Origin: Obrimoposthia wandeli
Taxonomy: Eukaryota
NCBI GenBank assembly: GCA_977020255.1
Contig: CDROCS010000121.1
Coordinates: forward strand, 1 to 64,000
Direction of reading: 5' to 3'
Length of the DNA stretch: 64,000 nt
Numbering within the stretch: position 1 is the first letter of the stretch; every line of letters begins with the position of its first letter. Below are positions 1-11,144 of the stretch, one piece after another. The position numbers and the translations under genes were made by a program. A model generated the notes under the pieces. That model did no database searches and was not told the origin of the DNA. It saw only the letters and a list, made by a program, of their open reading frames with translations.

Positions 1-837
1 TTGCTACTATTGCAGCTTTTGGGTTTCAACTTTGGCCAGTAGAACTGTGCGATTATGAATCAGTTGCTTTTATTAAGTCTCTTATTGTTTTCCTGGTTTA
101 TTAATTTCAAATTCCATTATTGCAATTACAGAGATTACACAAATATCATTGCAAGAAATCAAAAAAAAAGAAAGGAAGTTATAAGTTAAGAAAAAAGAAT
201 GCCAATTATTGCTTTAATTATTGTATTTTAAATCCATATGCAATATATCTAAATATTTTAGCTTCTAGCAGTACTTTTGATAGTGTGTATTTTATTTTAT
301 TCAAACATTAGAGCAATTAGCAGGTGCTACAAATCTAACTCTTATGTTTTTAAATATTCGTAGAGATAGTAAAAAGAGCATAGTTAAAATATAAACTCTA
401 TATAAGTCTTCTTATATGGGTTTTAATAAATAACTTTCTCATTAGTGGTTTTGTAGAGTGTTAAAACTATTTTACAATCAAACTATCATCTGGCAATAGA
501 AAAAAGGACTTAAAATCTGTATAAATGTTTTCCTCAACCTCTTGAGCAGTTTTACTAATGAAAAGCTTCTTCCAAAAGAGTTAGATTTTGAACATACTCC
601 AAAAGTACAGGTTATTGAACTTTTTACAGCCATATAAATAAATATTCTTTTACTATTAATATGTAAGAAAGTTTTGTATGCCCCAAAGGTCAAAAAATAG
701 CCATTAAATTTGTTAATTCAAAATATTATCATAATGTCTATTCCCATAAATACTCTTATTTTCCTACTATTTCTCAGAAGTAGGAGAGAAATCAAAGAAG
801 GAGATTATTAAGGACCATTTCCTATTTTCATTAACAC

Positions 838-879
838 CACATAAAACACCTACTAAAGTATTATATAAAACTATATAAT
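838..879 (+). promoter_or_regulatory. Shared regulon box plus -10 element upstream of hemH
   Basis: CACA-TAAA-A-CAC-CTAC-TAA at 838-856; TATAAT at 874-879, 20 nt after CTAC, the same geometry as seven other promoters. Confidence 0.65.
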
Positions 880-900
880 AAATTCAAAAGAGTAGAGAAT

Positions 901-1810
901 ATGAAAAAAAACAATTGTGTTGATGAACATGGGTAGTCCTAATAATTTAGGCAGAAGTTGATGTTTTTAAAAAATATGTTTAATGACAAATATATAATTG
1001 GAGCTCACAACCAATAAGAGCAATGATAAATTTGGCTTATCTCCGAAGAGAAGTAGACTCAAAAGCTACACCATTATAATAGTTTTGTTAGGTGGGATTT
1101 CTGTGTGGAGTCATACAAAACAACGATTAATAAGAAAACTAGAAAAAGTAGATGCAGATGTATTTCAGATTGCAGATATACTCACTCCATTTATACAAAT
1201 AAAATAGTCTCAAAATTAAAATATTATGATGAGATATACACTTCCTATGTATCCACATTATTCAAGTACAACAACAAAGTCATCTATTGAAGATTTTATG
1301 GATATGCTAAGATCTTAGCAGGTAGATAAAAGGTAAAAACTATAGATGATTATTATGATGATAAGTTGTATAATAAGTAATGATAGAAGAATAAAGAATC
1401 TTTAAATGGGTAAGATATTAAAAATTTACCTTAATATTTTCTGGACGCTAACACCTCAAAAAGTTGTAGATAAAGGTGATTTATATCAAAAACATATATT
1501 ATCAAATGTAAAAAGTTGCAAAAGAGTTAAAAAGCAGAGTGCATTTAAAAATATTAAATTGCTGCGTATCAGTAAGATTGGGACCATTAGGAGTGGATTA
1601 GACCATGTTAAAGATAAGTTGGCAAGTTGTTAGAGACAATAAAGTTATTATCTATCCAGCTTCATTTACTGTGGATAACTCAGAAACACAAGGTGAATTG
1701 GATATGAGTATAGAAGTGGCAGATGAATTGGTTTGAGAGGATTGAGTCATAAAGCTCAAATAATCATCCTTGTTTTTTAGCGTGTTTAAAAGTTTATATA
1801 AAAAAGATAG
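901..1810 (+). pseudogene. hemH: Ferrochelatase, multiply frameshifted (real decay or sequencing error)
   Basis: Fragments across frames read IVLMNMGSPNN, PMYPHYSSTTTKSSIEDF, PQKVVDKGDLYQKH, AYQSKIGP, FTVDNSET, all ferrochelatase motifs. Confidence 0.8.
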
Positions 1811-1812
1811 AT

Positions 1813-2781
1813 ATGATTATGAAAATCGGTGTATCAACGTGCACATTAGGAAATATGTGTCGTTATGATGGTGGGGGAGCAAAAGATAGATTTGTAGTAG
1901 ATATACTTTCAAATTATTTTTGACTTATTGGTTGCACTGTCCAAGAAGAGCCTGTCTTTGGAACACAAGAGATACTATACGGCAGGTAGAGTTGATGAAA
2001 GATTCGTGTTCATATTGGTAAAGTGGAGAAGATGTAACTGATGCCTTGCAAAACTCTTCAAATTTATTTGCACAAAAAGCAAAAAGTGATGGACTTTGTG
2101 GTTTTTGTCTTAAAATCAAAAATCTCCTACATGTGGAATGGAGAGAGTCAAAAAGTATATCAAGAAAAAAATTCACATGAATGAAAAAAAAAGTATAGGA
2201 CTTTTTGCAAAGACACTACGAGAGAGTTATATCCTTATTTACCTATTGAAGAAGAAGGAAGACTTAATGACCCATGGCTAAAAGAGAATTTTTTTGATGC
2301 AAGTATTTGCATATAAAAACTATTTGATTTTTAGAAACAAAACCATTAGTGAAACATCTTGTAGAGTTTCACACAAACTATAAAGTATCTTATTTATGCG
2401 AAATCACAAACGAGTTATAAAGAGTTGGGAAAAATAGTTGCAAATCAAGATAAAAAAAAAGATTTACAAAGTTATCTTAGATGAATATGCTGCAGGATTT
2501 TAAAAGCTATAACTTTAAAAAGTTCTATAAATAAAACATATAATGTACTTCTTCATATCTTTGGGTATTTTTAAAAGATTTAACTAAAGAGGAAAAAGAG
2601 TTTATTTGCTTAACTGCTATTAATGAATATAAATCTGGTATCATTCCACTTATTGCAGTGACAAAATACTAAATCTTTACGTAATAAGGTTTGATGAACA
2701 ATATCTAAAAACACAGAAGTTCCTCAATCCCTATCTTCAAAAGAATTTGCATTAAGAAGTGATACTAAGGCATATAAATAA
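1813..2781 (+). pseudogene. DUF523 (2-thiouracil desulfurase-like) / DUF1722 YbgA-family protein, frameshifted
   Basis: N-terminus MKIGVSTCTLGNMCRYDGG and C-terminus EFALRSDTKAYK; lies directly upstream of photolyase as in the ybgA-phr arrangement. Confidence 0.75.
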
Positions 2782-4135
2782 TGAAACAAATACTTTGGTT
2801 TAGGAGAGATTTGCGAATAGATGATAATGCTATATTATCAAATGCAAGTAATGAAGTCTTTCCGATATTTATTTTTGATAAAATATACTCAATAATTTAC
2901 CAAAATGATAAACGAGTAACTTTTATATATCAAAATGTTTTAAAGCTGAAAAAAGATCTTAAAAGTATAGGTCTTGATTTGGCTATATTTTTTGATTACC
3001 CTATCAATGTATTTGAAAAAATTACAGGATGATTTTGATGAAGTATTATGCTCTTGTGATTTTGACAATTATGCAATAAAAAGAGATAAAGATGATAGAG
3101 TCTATTTTATCAGTGAAACGATTTTATGATAGTTTTCTTATCCATCTAATGATGGATTAAAAGTTGATGAAACTCCTTATAAAGCTTTTTACCCCTTTTA
3201 TAAAAATCTTAAAGTTTTATAGCAAAGTGATAGTATACAGGAGTATGAAAAGAAATCAAAATCTAAAACTCGCTCGTAATAACTATAATAATACAATTTC
3301 ATTAGATTCTTTAGGATTTGAAAGACAAAAGATAGAATCATTTTAGATAAAAATCCATTTGAACTATTGGCTGAATTTAAAGAAAAGATGAGTAAATATC
3401 AAGAAGATAGAGATTATTTTTATAAAAGATGCTACTTCAAAGTTATCTGATTCCTTTACGATTTGGAATAATATCACCAAAACAAGTTTTTAATATTGTT
3501 AAACAGTATAGTGAGGAGAATTTACATCAGAGAACTTTTTGGAGAGAATTTATAACTATATTTTATACTTTTTCCCTAAAAGTGAATCTATGATAATTTT
3601 AAAGATAAAAGTATTACTTGGAATCAAAATGAAGACTATTTTAAGCATGGTCTACTGGAAATACTGGTGTACCAATTATAGATGCAGCTGAGACATCTCC
3701 CAATAATACAGGACAAATGCACAATCATCTTCGTATGGTTGCTTCTTTTTTTTACAAAAAATGACTATTTTACTACCCTGGCAATGGGGAGAAAAATATT
3801 TTGCTTTAAAACTTCTTGATTATGAAGCATCCTCAAATATTGGTTCATGGCAATGGAGTGCAAGTGACAGGGCAGATAGTGTTCCTTATTTTAGAGTATT
3901 TAATCCATACACACAAAGTGCAAAGTTTGATAAAGAGGGTGTCTTTATCAAATCAATTTTGACAGAATTAAAAGAAATTGAGCCAAAACTGTTCCATAAA
4001 GAAAATGCTGTACAAACAAATTTATTTATAAATTATCCAAAAGCTATAGTTGATATTAAAAAATCAAGAGAAGATGCAATAGATATCTTTAAAGGACAAA
4101 ATAACTATACTAAACTACTATTAAATATTATATAA
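2781..4135 (+). pseudogene. phrB: Deoxyribodipyrimidine photolyase / cryptochrome, frameshifted
   Basis: Starts LWFRRDLRIDDN; later fragments [60 protein letters not shown]. Confidence 0.85.
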
Positions 4136-4156
4136 TTAATAAAAATGAGGATACTT

Positions 4157-5571
4157 ATGCAAACTTTAGATTTAGCTGTAATTGGTAGCGGTATAGGTGG
4201 AAGTTTAATATCTGCTCTGAATATTGATAAAAATATTATTCTTTTTGAAAAAAGACAAAATCTTGGTGGATGTGCGAGCATTTAAAAGATATGGAAATTA
4301 TTATAATACAGGTGCAACTACTCTTGTAGGATATGAAGATAATCATATACTTAAAAAACAGTTTGATGAAATAGGAATAAAGCCAAATATAACAAAATCT
4401 GATATTGCAATTAGAATAATTCAAAATAATAAAACACTTGATAGAGTTAAAAATTTAGAAGAATTTATAAGTATTATTAATAAAATTTATCCAAATAAAA
4501 ACAATGAAATTTTGGAAAAAAATACAACAAATAGATGAAAAATTTGGCAATTAAAAAAATATATTATGCTAAATATTCTTTGCAGAAATATATGAAAACT
4601 CTTTCCTTTTTAAGTGAACTATTTACCACTTTTAAATTTGATATACTCAAAAGTGCAGATGGTTTTATAAAAGAAACTTTAGGAAATATTCCAACAGAAT
4701 ATCAAAACTTCATCGATGCACAACTTCTCATTACTATACAAAGTAAATCAAAAGGTATCTCTCTTTGCTGTCATTAGCATTAGGCCTTTCTTATCCTTTT
4801 CATGATGTTTATGTCAATAATGGAATGGGAAGTTTAATTGAGGAGATAATTAAAGATGTTGAAGTAAAAAGAAATGAGCAAATAAATAAGATAATTAAAG
4901 ATGGTCAAAACTGGATAGTTCGAAGTGATAAGGATGAATATAAAACTAAGAAAATAGTTCTAAATTCTTCTATTTATGAAACAAGTCATCTTTTGATGAT
5001 ATCAATATAAAAAATACTATGATTCTTTTTCTTTTAGTGATCAAAGTGCTTTTGTTGTTTATCTTACTATTGATACTGATATAGATTTTTAGAACATTAT
5101 CAGTTTATATATGATGAACTTTTACCAAACTGTATTTCAAATTCTTTTTTTTTGTTTCATTTAGCAAAAAGGTGATAAGTTACTATCAAGAATAATACTT
5201 TAAGTGTAACTATTTCTACACATAGCAAAGCAACAGTCTGGAAAGACTTAACAAAAGAGGATTATGAATATCAAAAAAATAGTACACAAGATTACATAGT
5301 GGCGAAATTCTTAGAGTATTTTGATACAATCAAAAAAGAAAATATAACAAAATATTTTAGCTCAACATCAAATACATTTAGTAGGTATATCGGAAGATAT
5401 AATTGTGGTGGTAAAGCAATAGGATTTAATAATATTCATCAATTGCCTAGCTGTAACACACCATTTAGTGGATTGTATAATGTTGGTGATACTATATTTG
5501 CAGGTCAAGGCTGGCCTGGTGTTGCTGTAGGAGTTGATGTATTGCAAAAGGAACTAAATGGAATCAGTTGA
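4157..5571 (+). pseudogene. Phytoene-desaturase-like FAD oxidoreductase (CrtD/CrtI superfamily), frameshifted
   Basis: MQTLDLAVIGSGIGG Rossmann motif, LGGCA..FKRYGNYYNTGATTLVG, C-terminal GLYNVGDTIFAGQGWPGVAVG. Confidence 0.7.
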
Positions 5572-6536
5572 GCTGAAAATATCAAATCGTGATTGGTTAT
5601 ATATTTCTATAATAGGTACATTATTTGGGTTTTTTATATCTGTATTTTTTTACTTTTTACATGAAACGTTTCGTGATGTGTCAACTGTATTATTTGGAAC
5701 TTGTAGTGCATTTTTTATCACACTATTTTCTTCAATATTTATATCTGTATCTAATAAATATATTCTGCCCAATCTTAATGAAAAATTTTGGTATATAATA
5801 AGTTTTTTATTTTCCTTTTTAAGTGGATCTCTGGGTTTTTTATTTACTTATTCTTTATTTTATATAATTGAAACTAAGATTACCAATATTATTGAACCAT
5901 ATAGTTTATATCTAACATTAACTATTGGTTCATTAACTTTTCTTATAGGACTGATTCTTCATCAATTCATCTCTATGAAATATAAAAATGAATCTATTAA
6001 AAATGAGATACTCAATAGTAAAATTAAAACTTTAGAAAATGAACTTAATCCTCATTTCTTATTTAATGCATTAAACTCAATGAGTGAATTAGTATATATA
6101 TAGATCCTAAAAAGCTGAAGAGTCTATTTTAAATCTATCAAAATTTCTAAGAAATGCAATCAAAATAGATAGTTTAATAAGTATAAATAATGAGCTGGAA
6201 ATGGTGCAAACATATGTAGATATTGAAAATATACGTTTTGACGATAAAATAAAACTACATATATCAAATGCTCATACTATTTATAGTCAAATACCAAAGT
6301 TCTCTATTCAATTACTTGTTGAAAATGCGATTAAACATGGCTATGAAAATAAAGAATTAAATATATTTATAGAAATAAAGCAAGAAATTACAGTATATAA
6401 TGATGGTAAGATAACAAAAAACTTAAAATTTGGTACAGGATTATCTAATTTAAATAATAGATTAAATCTCCTAAATATAGGGAAATTAAAATTTATTGAT
6501 GATAAAAAAATGAAATTTATAATAGAGGTAAAGTAA
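5558..6536 (+). CDS. LytS/YehU-family membrane sensor histidine kinase; one frameshift near 6100 joins ORFs 5558-6103 and 6201-6536
   Basis: About five TM helices, then ELNPHFLFNALNS (His_kinase), IQLLVENAIKHG and GTGLSNL HATPase motifs; adjacent LytTR regulator. Confidence 0.85.
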
Positions 6537-7250
6537 ATGAAAATATTAGTTGTAGATGATGAAAGACTTGCAAGTTCGAGGATGACACGAATTTTAAATG
6601 AACTGGGTTATGATAATATTACTGTTTTTAATGATAGTACAAAAGCAGTTATCAATATAACTAGAAATAAATATGATTTAGTATTTTTGGATATTCAAAT
6701 GCCTAACATTACAGGACTTGAATTGGCTAATATGATATTAGAAATTGAACCAAAAACATTTATTATATTTCAAACTGCTTATGAGGAGTTTGCTCTTGAT
6801 GCCTTTAAAGTTGGCGGAGTTGATTATATTTTAAAACCAACTTCTAAAGAAAACGTATTACAAAGTATAAACAAAGTAAAAAGATATATGGAAGTAGTAC
6901 CAGAAGTTCAAACAAAAAAGATTATTGGAAAAAGAGGTGATAAAATTTATCTCATTGAACTTGAGGATATATTTTATATTAAAGCAGATTTAGATGAAAT
7001 TATTATTAGAATAAAAGATGCCGATGTATATGTACGAAAAAAAATAGGAAATATGGCAGAGCTTTTAAGTAATCAAAACTTTTTTAGAATTCACCGTTCT
7101 ATTATAATCAATATTGATAAAGTAAAATCGATGCAAAGTGTTGAACAATCAAAATTACAAATATCGTTTACTGATATAGATGATATAGTTACCAGCTCAA
7201 AAGATGGGGCAAAAGATTTTAGAGACTATTTAGAGAGAAGTAGTTTATAA
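6537..7250 (+). CDS. LytTR-family response regulator
   Basis: REC domain (VVDDE, FLDIQMP, TAY, KP) plus LytTR C-terminus FFRIHRSIIIN; intact and abutting the kinase. Confidence 0.92.
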   Translation: MKILVVDDERLASSRMTRILNELGYDNITVFNDSTKAVINITRNKYDLVFLDIQMPNITGLELANMILEIEPKTFIIFQTAYEEFALDAFKVGGVDYILKPTSKENVLQSINKVKRYMEVVPEVQTKKIIGKRGDKIYLIELEDIFYIKADLDEIIIRIKDADVYVRKKIGNMAELLSNQNFFRIHRSIIINIDKVKSMQSVEQSKLQISFTDIDDIVTSSKDGAKDFRDYLERSSL

Positions 7251-7284
7251 AATCTTTAAAGATTAAACTTAAATGGTATTAAGT

Positions 7285-7815
7285 TTAGTCTTTAATTATA
7301 GTAATCACAAGCTCCCCTACAGTAAATCCAAATTTTTTCATTTTTGAATGATTTAAAATCACTCCATCTTCTTGTAAATGAAGCCAATCTTTTACATTTA
7401 TATCTATTGTAGAATCATTGTACGGTACTGTCATTGTATAATCAATCATCACAGTGTTTCCATTAGCAATCATTTGTGCTTCACCTACAATATCACCTGC
7501 TGTTCCTATAAAATTTTTATCACCTGTTGGAGTTAATGTCCAAACTCTAGTTTGTTTTTCACCATTATCATACACAAATTTTTCATCTAATGTTCCAACA
7601 CCATTTTTATCCCAAGAACCTACTAAATGACCTTTGAAAGTTTTGATAATTTTTCCACTTCTATCTTTTACCATTCCATAGGCTGTTAACTTTCCATTAA
7701 AATATTTTTGAGGAATAAATTCTGGTCCTTTATTTGTAAAGTCTTCTATTTGCATTGTTGAACATCCTGTAAAAATTAAAAGTATTGTACTTAGAAATAA
7801 AGTTTGCAGTCTCAT
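7285..7815 (-). CDS. DUF3833-family lipoprotein
   Basis: Lipobox FTGC; YFNGKLTAYGMVKDRSG, DVKDWLHLQ pattern; last gene of the ufa-like operon. Confidence 0.8.
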   Translation of the reverse strand: MRLQTLFLSTILLIFTGCSTMQIEDFTNKGPEFIPQKYFNGKLTAYGMVKDRSGKIIKTFKGHLVGSWDKNGVGTLDEKFVYDNGEKQTRVWTLTPTGDKNFIGTAGDIVGEAQMIANGNTVMIDYTMTVPYNDSTIDINVKDWLHLQEDGVILNHSKMKKFGFTVGELVITIIKD

Positions 7816-9038
7816 GCTACAAGTCCTTCATTTAAATCCATATTTTGATATCTAGTAAATGCAATTTGCACAAGATTTATATTTCTAGTTAAAAAGGCAG
7901 CTTCACAATAACAAAGATACATTTTCCACATTCTGATGAAGTATTCATCAAAGCCTAATTTTTTTACTTCTTCTAATTTTTGATTAAAGTTTTCATGCCA
8001 GATATTGAGTGTTTTTGCATAATGTTCTGTAAATTCTTCCATATGTAAAAGGTTTAGTTTTGTGTTTTTTGTAGTTACATCTAATATTTTCCCAACACTT
8101 GGAAGATGCCCTCCTGGAAAGATATACTTTTGAATAAAATCAGTTCCCTTACAATATGAACTATATCTTTGATCTGGCATTGTAATAACTTGCATTAGGA
8201 GTATACCACTTGGTTTTAACAGTGATTCACATTTTTTAAAGAATACATCAAAATATTCACGACCTACTGCTTCAAACATTTCAACAGCAATAACAGCATC
8301 AAATTCACCTTCCATATCTCTATAATCTTTTAGTATTACATCAACAGATTCTTGAATATTATGCTCTTTAAATCTACCTTCACAAAGCTTTTTTTGCTCT
8401 TTGGATAGTGTTAAAGTTGTAACTTCACAACCATACTCTTTTACTAAATGTATAGCCATGGCTCCCCAACCTGAACCAATTTCTAATACTTTTGAACCTT
8501 TTTTAAGGTTTAGTTTTTTTGCAAGTAAATCTATTTTTCTTTTTTGTGCATCAAATAAAGGTTCATCTGCTGTTTCAAATACTGCTGAAGAATACATCAT
8601 TGTATCATCTAAAAATAGTTCAAAAAAATCATTTGATAAGTCATAGTGTTCTTGAATATTTTTAGCCGAACGTGTTTTTGAGTTTTTTCTCATGATATGT
8701 TTGAGTTTATTGACTATAGGAAATAAGTTATAAAGACTAAACTTTTTTTCATCTTCGCTTTTTGTTTGTAAAGCATCCGAGTTAATAAGTCCTAATGTAA
8801 TCAATGCTGTTAAATCATCACATTCAAAATCTTTATCCATATAACTTTCAGCAAATCCAATATCTCCAAAAAAAGTAAGTCTTCTAAATAAATCTGCATT
8901 ATTTAGAACTATTTTTGCTTTTGGTTCTTGATTATTTCCATATATTTTTACTTTACTATCACAAAATGTAACTTGTAGTGTTCCTTTTGTGATTTTTGAA
9001 AAATACTTATCTCCTAAATTATTCCAAAAAGATTTCAT
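7812..9038 (-). CDS. cfa: Cyclopropane-fatty-acyl-phospholipid synthase family SAM methyltransferase (UfaM-like)
   Basis: HYDLSNDFFELFLDDTMMYSSA, VLEIGSGWG, FIQKYIFPGG, RMWKMYLCYCEAAF. Confidence 0.9.
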   Translation of the reverse strand: MKSFWNNLGDKYFSKITKGTLQVTFCDSKVKIYGNNQEPKAKIVLNNADLFRRLTFFGDIGFAESYMDKDFECDDLTALITLGLINSDALQTKSEDEKKFSLYNLFPIVNKLKHIMRKNSKTRSAKNIQEHYDLSNDFFELFLDDTMMYSSAVFETADEPLFDAQKRKIDLLAKKLNLKKGSKVLEIGSGWGAMAIHLVKEYGCEVTTLTLSKEQKKLCEGRFKEHNIQESVDVILKDYRDMEGEFDAVIAVEMFEAVGREYFDVFFKKCESLLKPSGILLMQVITMPDQRYSSYCKGTDFIQKYIFPGGHLPSVGKILDVTTKNTKLNLLHMEEFTEHYAKTLNIWHENFNQKLEEVKKLGFDEYFIRMWKMYLCYCEAAFLTRNINLVQIAFTRYQNMDLNEGLVA

Positions 9039-9039
9039 T

Positions 9040-9780
9040 TTAAGCCCTCCTAGTTGTATCTATAGCTTCTGGTCCATTAAATTTTAGACCTTTTAATTTA
9101 AGTTTTAAACTCTGCCAGATTGTTCTTGTTACTACCCAAAATGTAAGTAATGTATGTCTTGAAAATAATGAGATAATATTTGATTCATTAAAAATAAGAC
9201 TCTCTCCTATAAAAGTTGAAGTTAATACTTTTTTATTATCTTCAATAAGATTTATTCCAATAGAAAATTTTTCATTTGTGTATATTAAGTCAAATCTATA
9301 TTCCCCATCTCTTTTAAAAAATGGAGAAACATACATATCTTTTTGAGTTTCACCTTTATAGTGTTTATTATCATTTGTTTCTAGTTTTACGTGATAGATT
9401 ATTCTTCCTCCATTATAGTTATGTACTTCCGCTAACATAGTAGATGGTTTGTCGTTTTCAAAAAGGAGTAATACACTAATAGGATTAAATACATAACCTA
9501 CAATTCTGGGTAATGTAATAAATCTCATCTTTTCTGTAGGTTTTAAATCATATTTTTTTAATAGATTTTTTATATTTTCATTAAAATGAATACCTTCACC
9601 AAAATGGTCTTTGGTATTAAATGAAAAAAGATTAAAGCTGTTTAGAGAAAAGTATTTATTATCTAATTTTTCAAGTTTTGATATATCTATATCAATCATA
9701 AAGAATTTGTATTTGAAATTATGTACTTTGGGGCTATATCTTTTATGATAAATATTCCCTTCAAAAAATTTATGACTCAT
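9040..9780 (-). CDS. DUF1365-family protein (UfaO-like)
   Basis: YHKRYSPKVHNFKY, LPRIVGYVFNPIS, AEVHN, KDMYVSPF, IWQSLKLKLKG. Confidence 0.85.
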   Translation of the reverse strand: MSHKFFEGNIYHKRYSPKVHNFKYKFFMIDIDISKLEKLDNKYFSLNSFNLFSFNTKDHFGEGIHFNENIKNLLKKYDLKPTEKMRFITLPRIVGYVFNPISVLLLFENDKPSTMLAEVHNYNGGRIIYHVKLETNDNKHYKGETQKDMYVSPFFKRDGEYRFDLIYTNEKFSIGINLIEDNKKVLTSTFIGESLIFNESNIISLFSRHTLLTFWVVTRTIWQSLKLKLKGLKFNGPEAIDTTRRA

Positions 9781-11030
9781 AACTCACATCCAAATTCTTC
9801 TGCAATTGTATTTGCACTATACAAACCATCTTCATGAAAACCATATCTCCAGTAAGCCCCTGCAAAGTAAGTGTTGTTTTTACCATTGATTAGATCTCGT
9901 TTACTTTGAGCTTCTATAGCTTTTTTATCAAACTGAGGGTGTTCATAGCTTATATTTTCTATTACTTCATCTAATTTTTCTGTTTCATTTAATGAAACAA
10001 AATACTCTTTTTTACTCTTTAAATTTTGTAAACGATTTATCCAATATGACAATGTAACATTTTGGCTTTCTCCATTTGTTTTATAATTCCAAGCAGCGTA
10101 AATTTTTTTATCTGGATATAAAGCTTTTTTATCTGTATGTAAAACTGCTTTATTCTCTTTGTATTCAAAACATGAAAGAATTCGAAGTTCATCTACTGTT
10201 GGTTCATCTATTAAATTAAGTGCATCTGGTGCGTGCATAGCAAAGATAACTTTGTCATAAACTGATTGTGAATTATCTTTATGAACTAAGATTATTTTAT
10301 TCTGTTCTCTTAATACATTTATTACATCAGAATTTTTAAATATTTTTCCAGATATTTCTTTTGATATTTTTTCAACATAGTTGATAGAACCACCACTAAC
10401 TGTAAGCCATTGGTGATGAGTATCAACACCTAATAAGCCATGATTTTTAAAAAAATGTAAAAATGAACGTGCAGGAAAATCACTCATCTTATCACTAGGT
10501 GTTGACCAAATCGATGAACCCATTGGAATAATATATCTATCTTTAAAATATTTTGAATAGTCTTTTAAATACTCACCTAATGATAAATCTAAATCACTAT
10601 GATTGTTTTTTAAATCTTCATTTGCTTTTTTATTAAACTTTAATACATCAAAAATCATTTTATTATGTGAGTAAGAAAAGATATTTTTCTTTTGAAAATA
10701 CATACCTTTTAATGATTCACCATTATAAGCCAGGTTGCTTTTTTGATCCCAAAATGCAAAACTCATATCACTATTTTCAATTTTTACATCTAATTGCTCA
10801 AATAGTTTGGTAAGTAATGGATAAGTAGGGTGGTTAAATACTAAAAACCCTGTATCCACACCAAATTTCTTACCATCTTCTGTTACTTGTGAAGTTCTCG
10901 CATGACCACCTAATCTATTATCTTTTTCATAGAGATCAACATCGTGTTTTTTGCTTAATAAATATGCACTTCCTAGTCCACTTATTCCGGCTCCTAAAAC
11001 TGCTATTTTATATTTTTTTTCTTGATTCAT
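9777..11030 (-). CDS. FAD-dependent oxidoreductase, amine-oxidase family (UfaD-like fatty-acid desaturase)
   Basis: KIAVLGAGISGL, RLGGHA, VDTGFLVFNHPTYP, GAYWRYGFHEDG; directly upstream of DUF1365 and cfa. Confidence 0.85.
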   Translation of the reverse strand: MNQEKKYKIAVLGAGISGLGSAYLLSKKHDVDLYEKDNRLGGHARTSQVTEDGKKFGVDTGFLVFNHPTYPLLTKLFEQLDVKIENSDMSFAFWDQKSNLAYNGESLKGMYFQKKNIFSYSHNKMIFDVLKFNKKANEDLKNNHSDLDLSLGEYLKDYSKYFKDRYIIPMGSSIWSTPSDKMSDFPARSFLHFFKNHGLLGVDTHHQWLTVSGGSINYVEKISKEISGKIFKNSDVINVLREQNKIILVHKDNSQSVYDKVIFAMHAPDALNLIDEPTVDELRILSCFEYKENKAVLHTDKKALYPDKKIYAAWNYKTNGESQNVTLSYWINRLQNLKSKKEYFVSLNETEKLDEVIENISYEHPQFDKKAIEAQSKRDLINGKNNTYFAGAYWRYGFHEDGLYSANTIAEEFGCEL

Positions 11031-11082
11031 TTGTATCGTCCTTGCGAATCTTGTGGCGTGTATATAAATCTTTTGTACTGTT

Positions 11083-11124
11083 ATTTTATGATTATATAAA
11101 GAGTTTTTGTAGGAATAAAATGTT
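11083..11124 (-). promoter_or_regulatory. Shared regulon box plus -10 upstream of the ufa-like operon
   Basis: Minus strand AACA-TTTT-A-TTC-CTAC-AAA (11124-11106); TAAAAT at 11088-11083, 20 nt after CTAC. Confidence 0.7.
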
Positions 11125-11144
11125 GGTTGATAAGATTTTTATAA

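Noticed and set aside
1-700. ORFs 120-311 and 478-693 as real genes
   Set aside because: They look like fragments of frameshifted genes in the error-rich block; I recognised no family
998-5571. The many short ORFs in the track here as separate genes
   Set aside because: They are pieces or shadows of four frameshifted genes (hemH, DUF523/1722, photolyase, desaturase)
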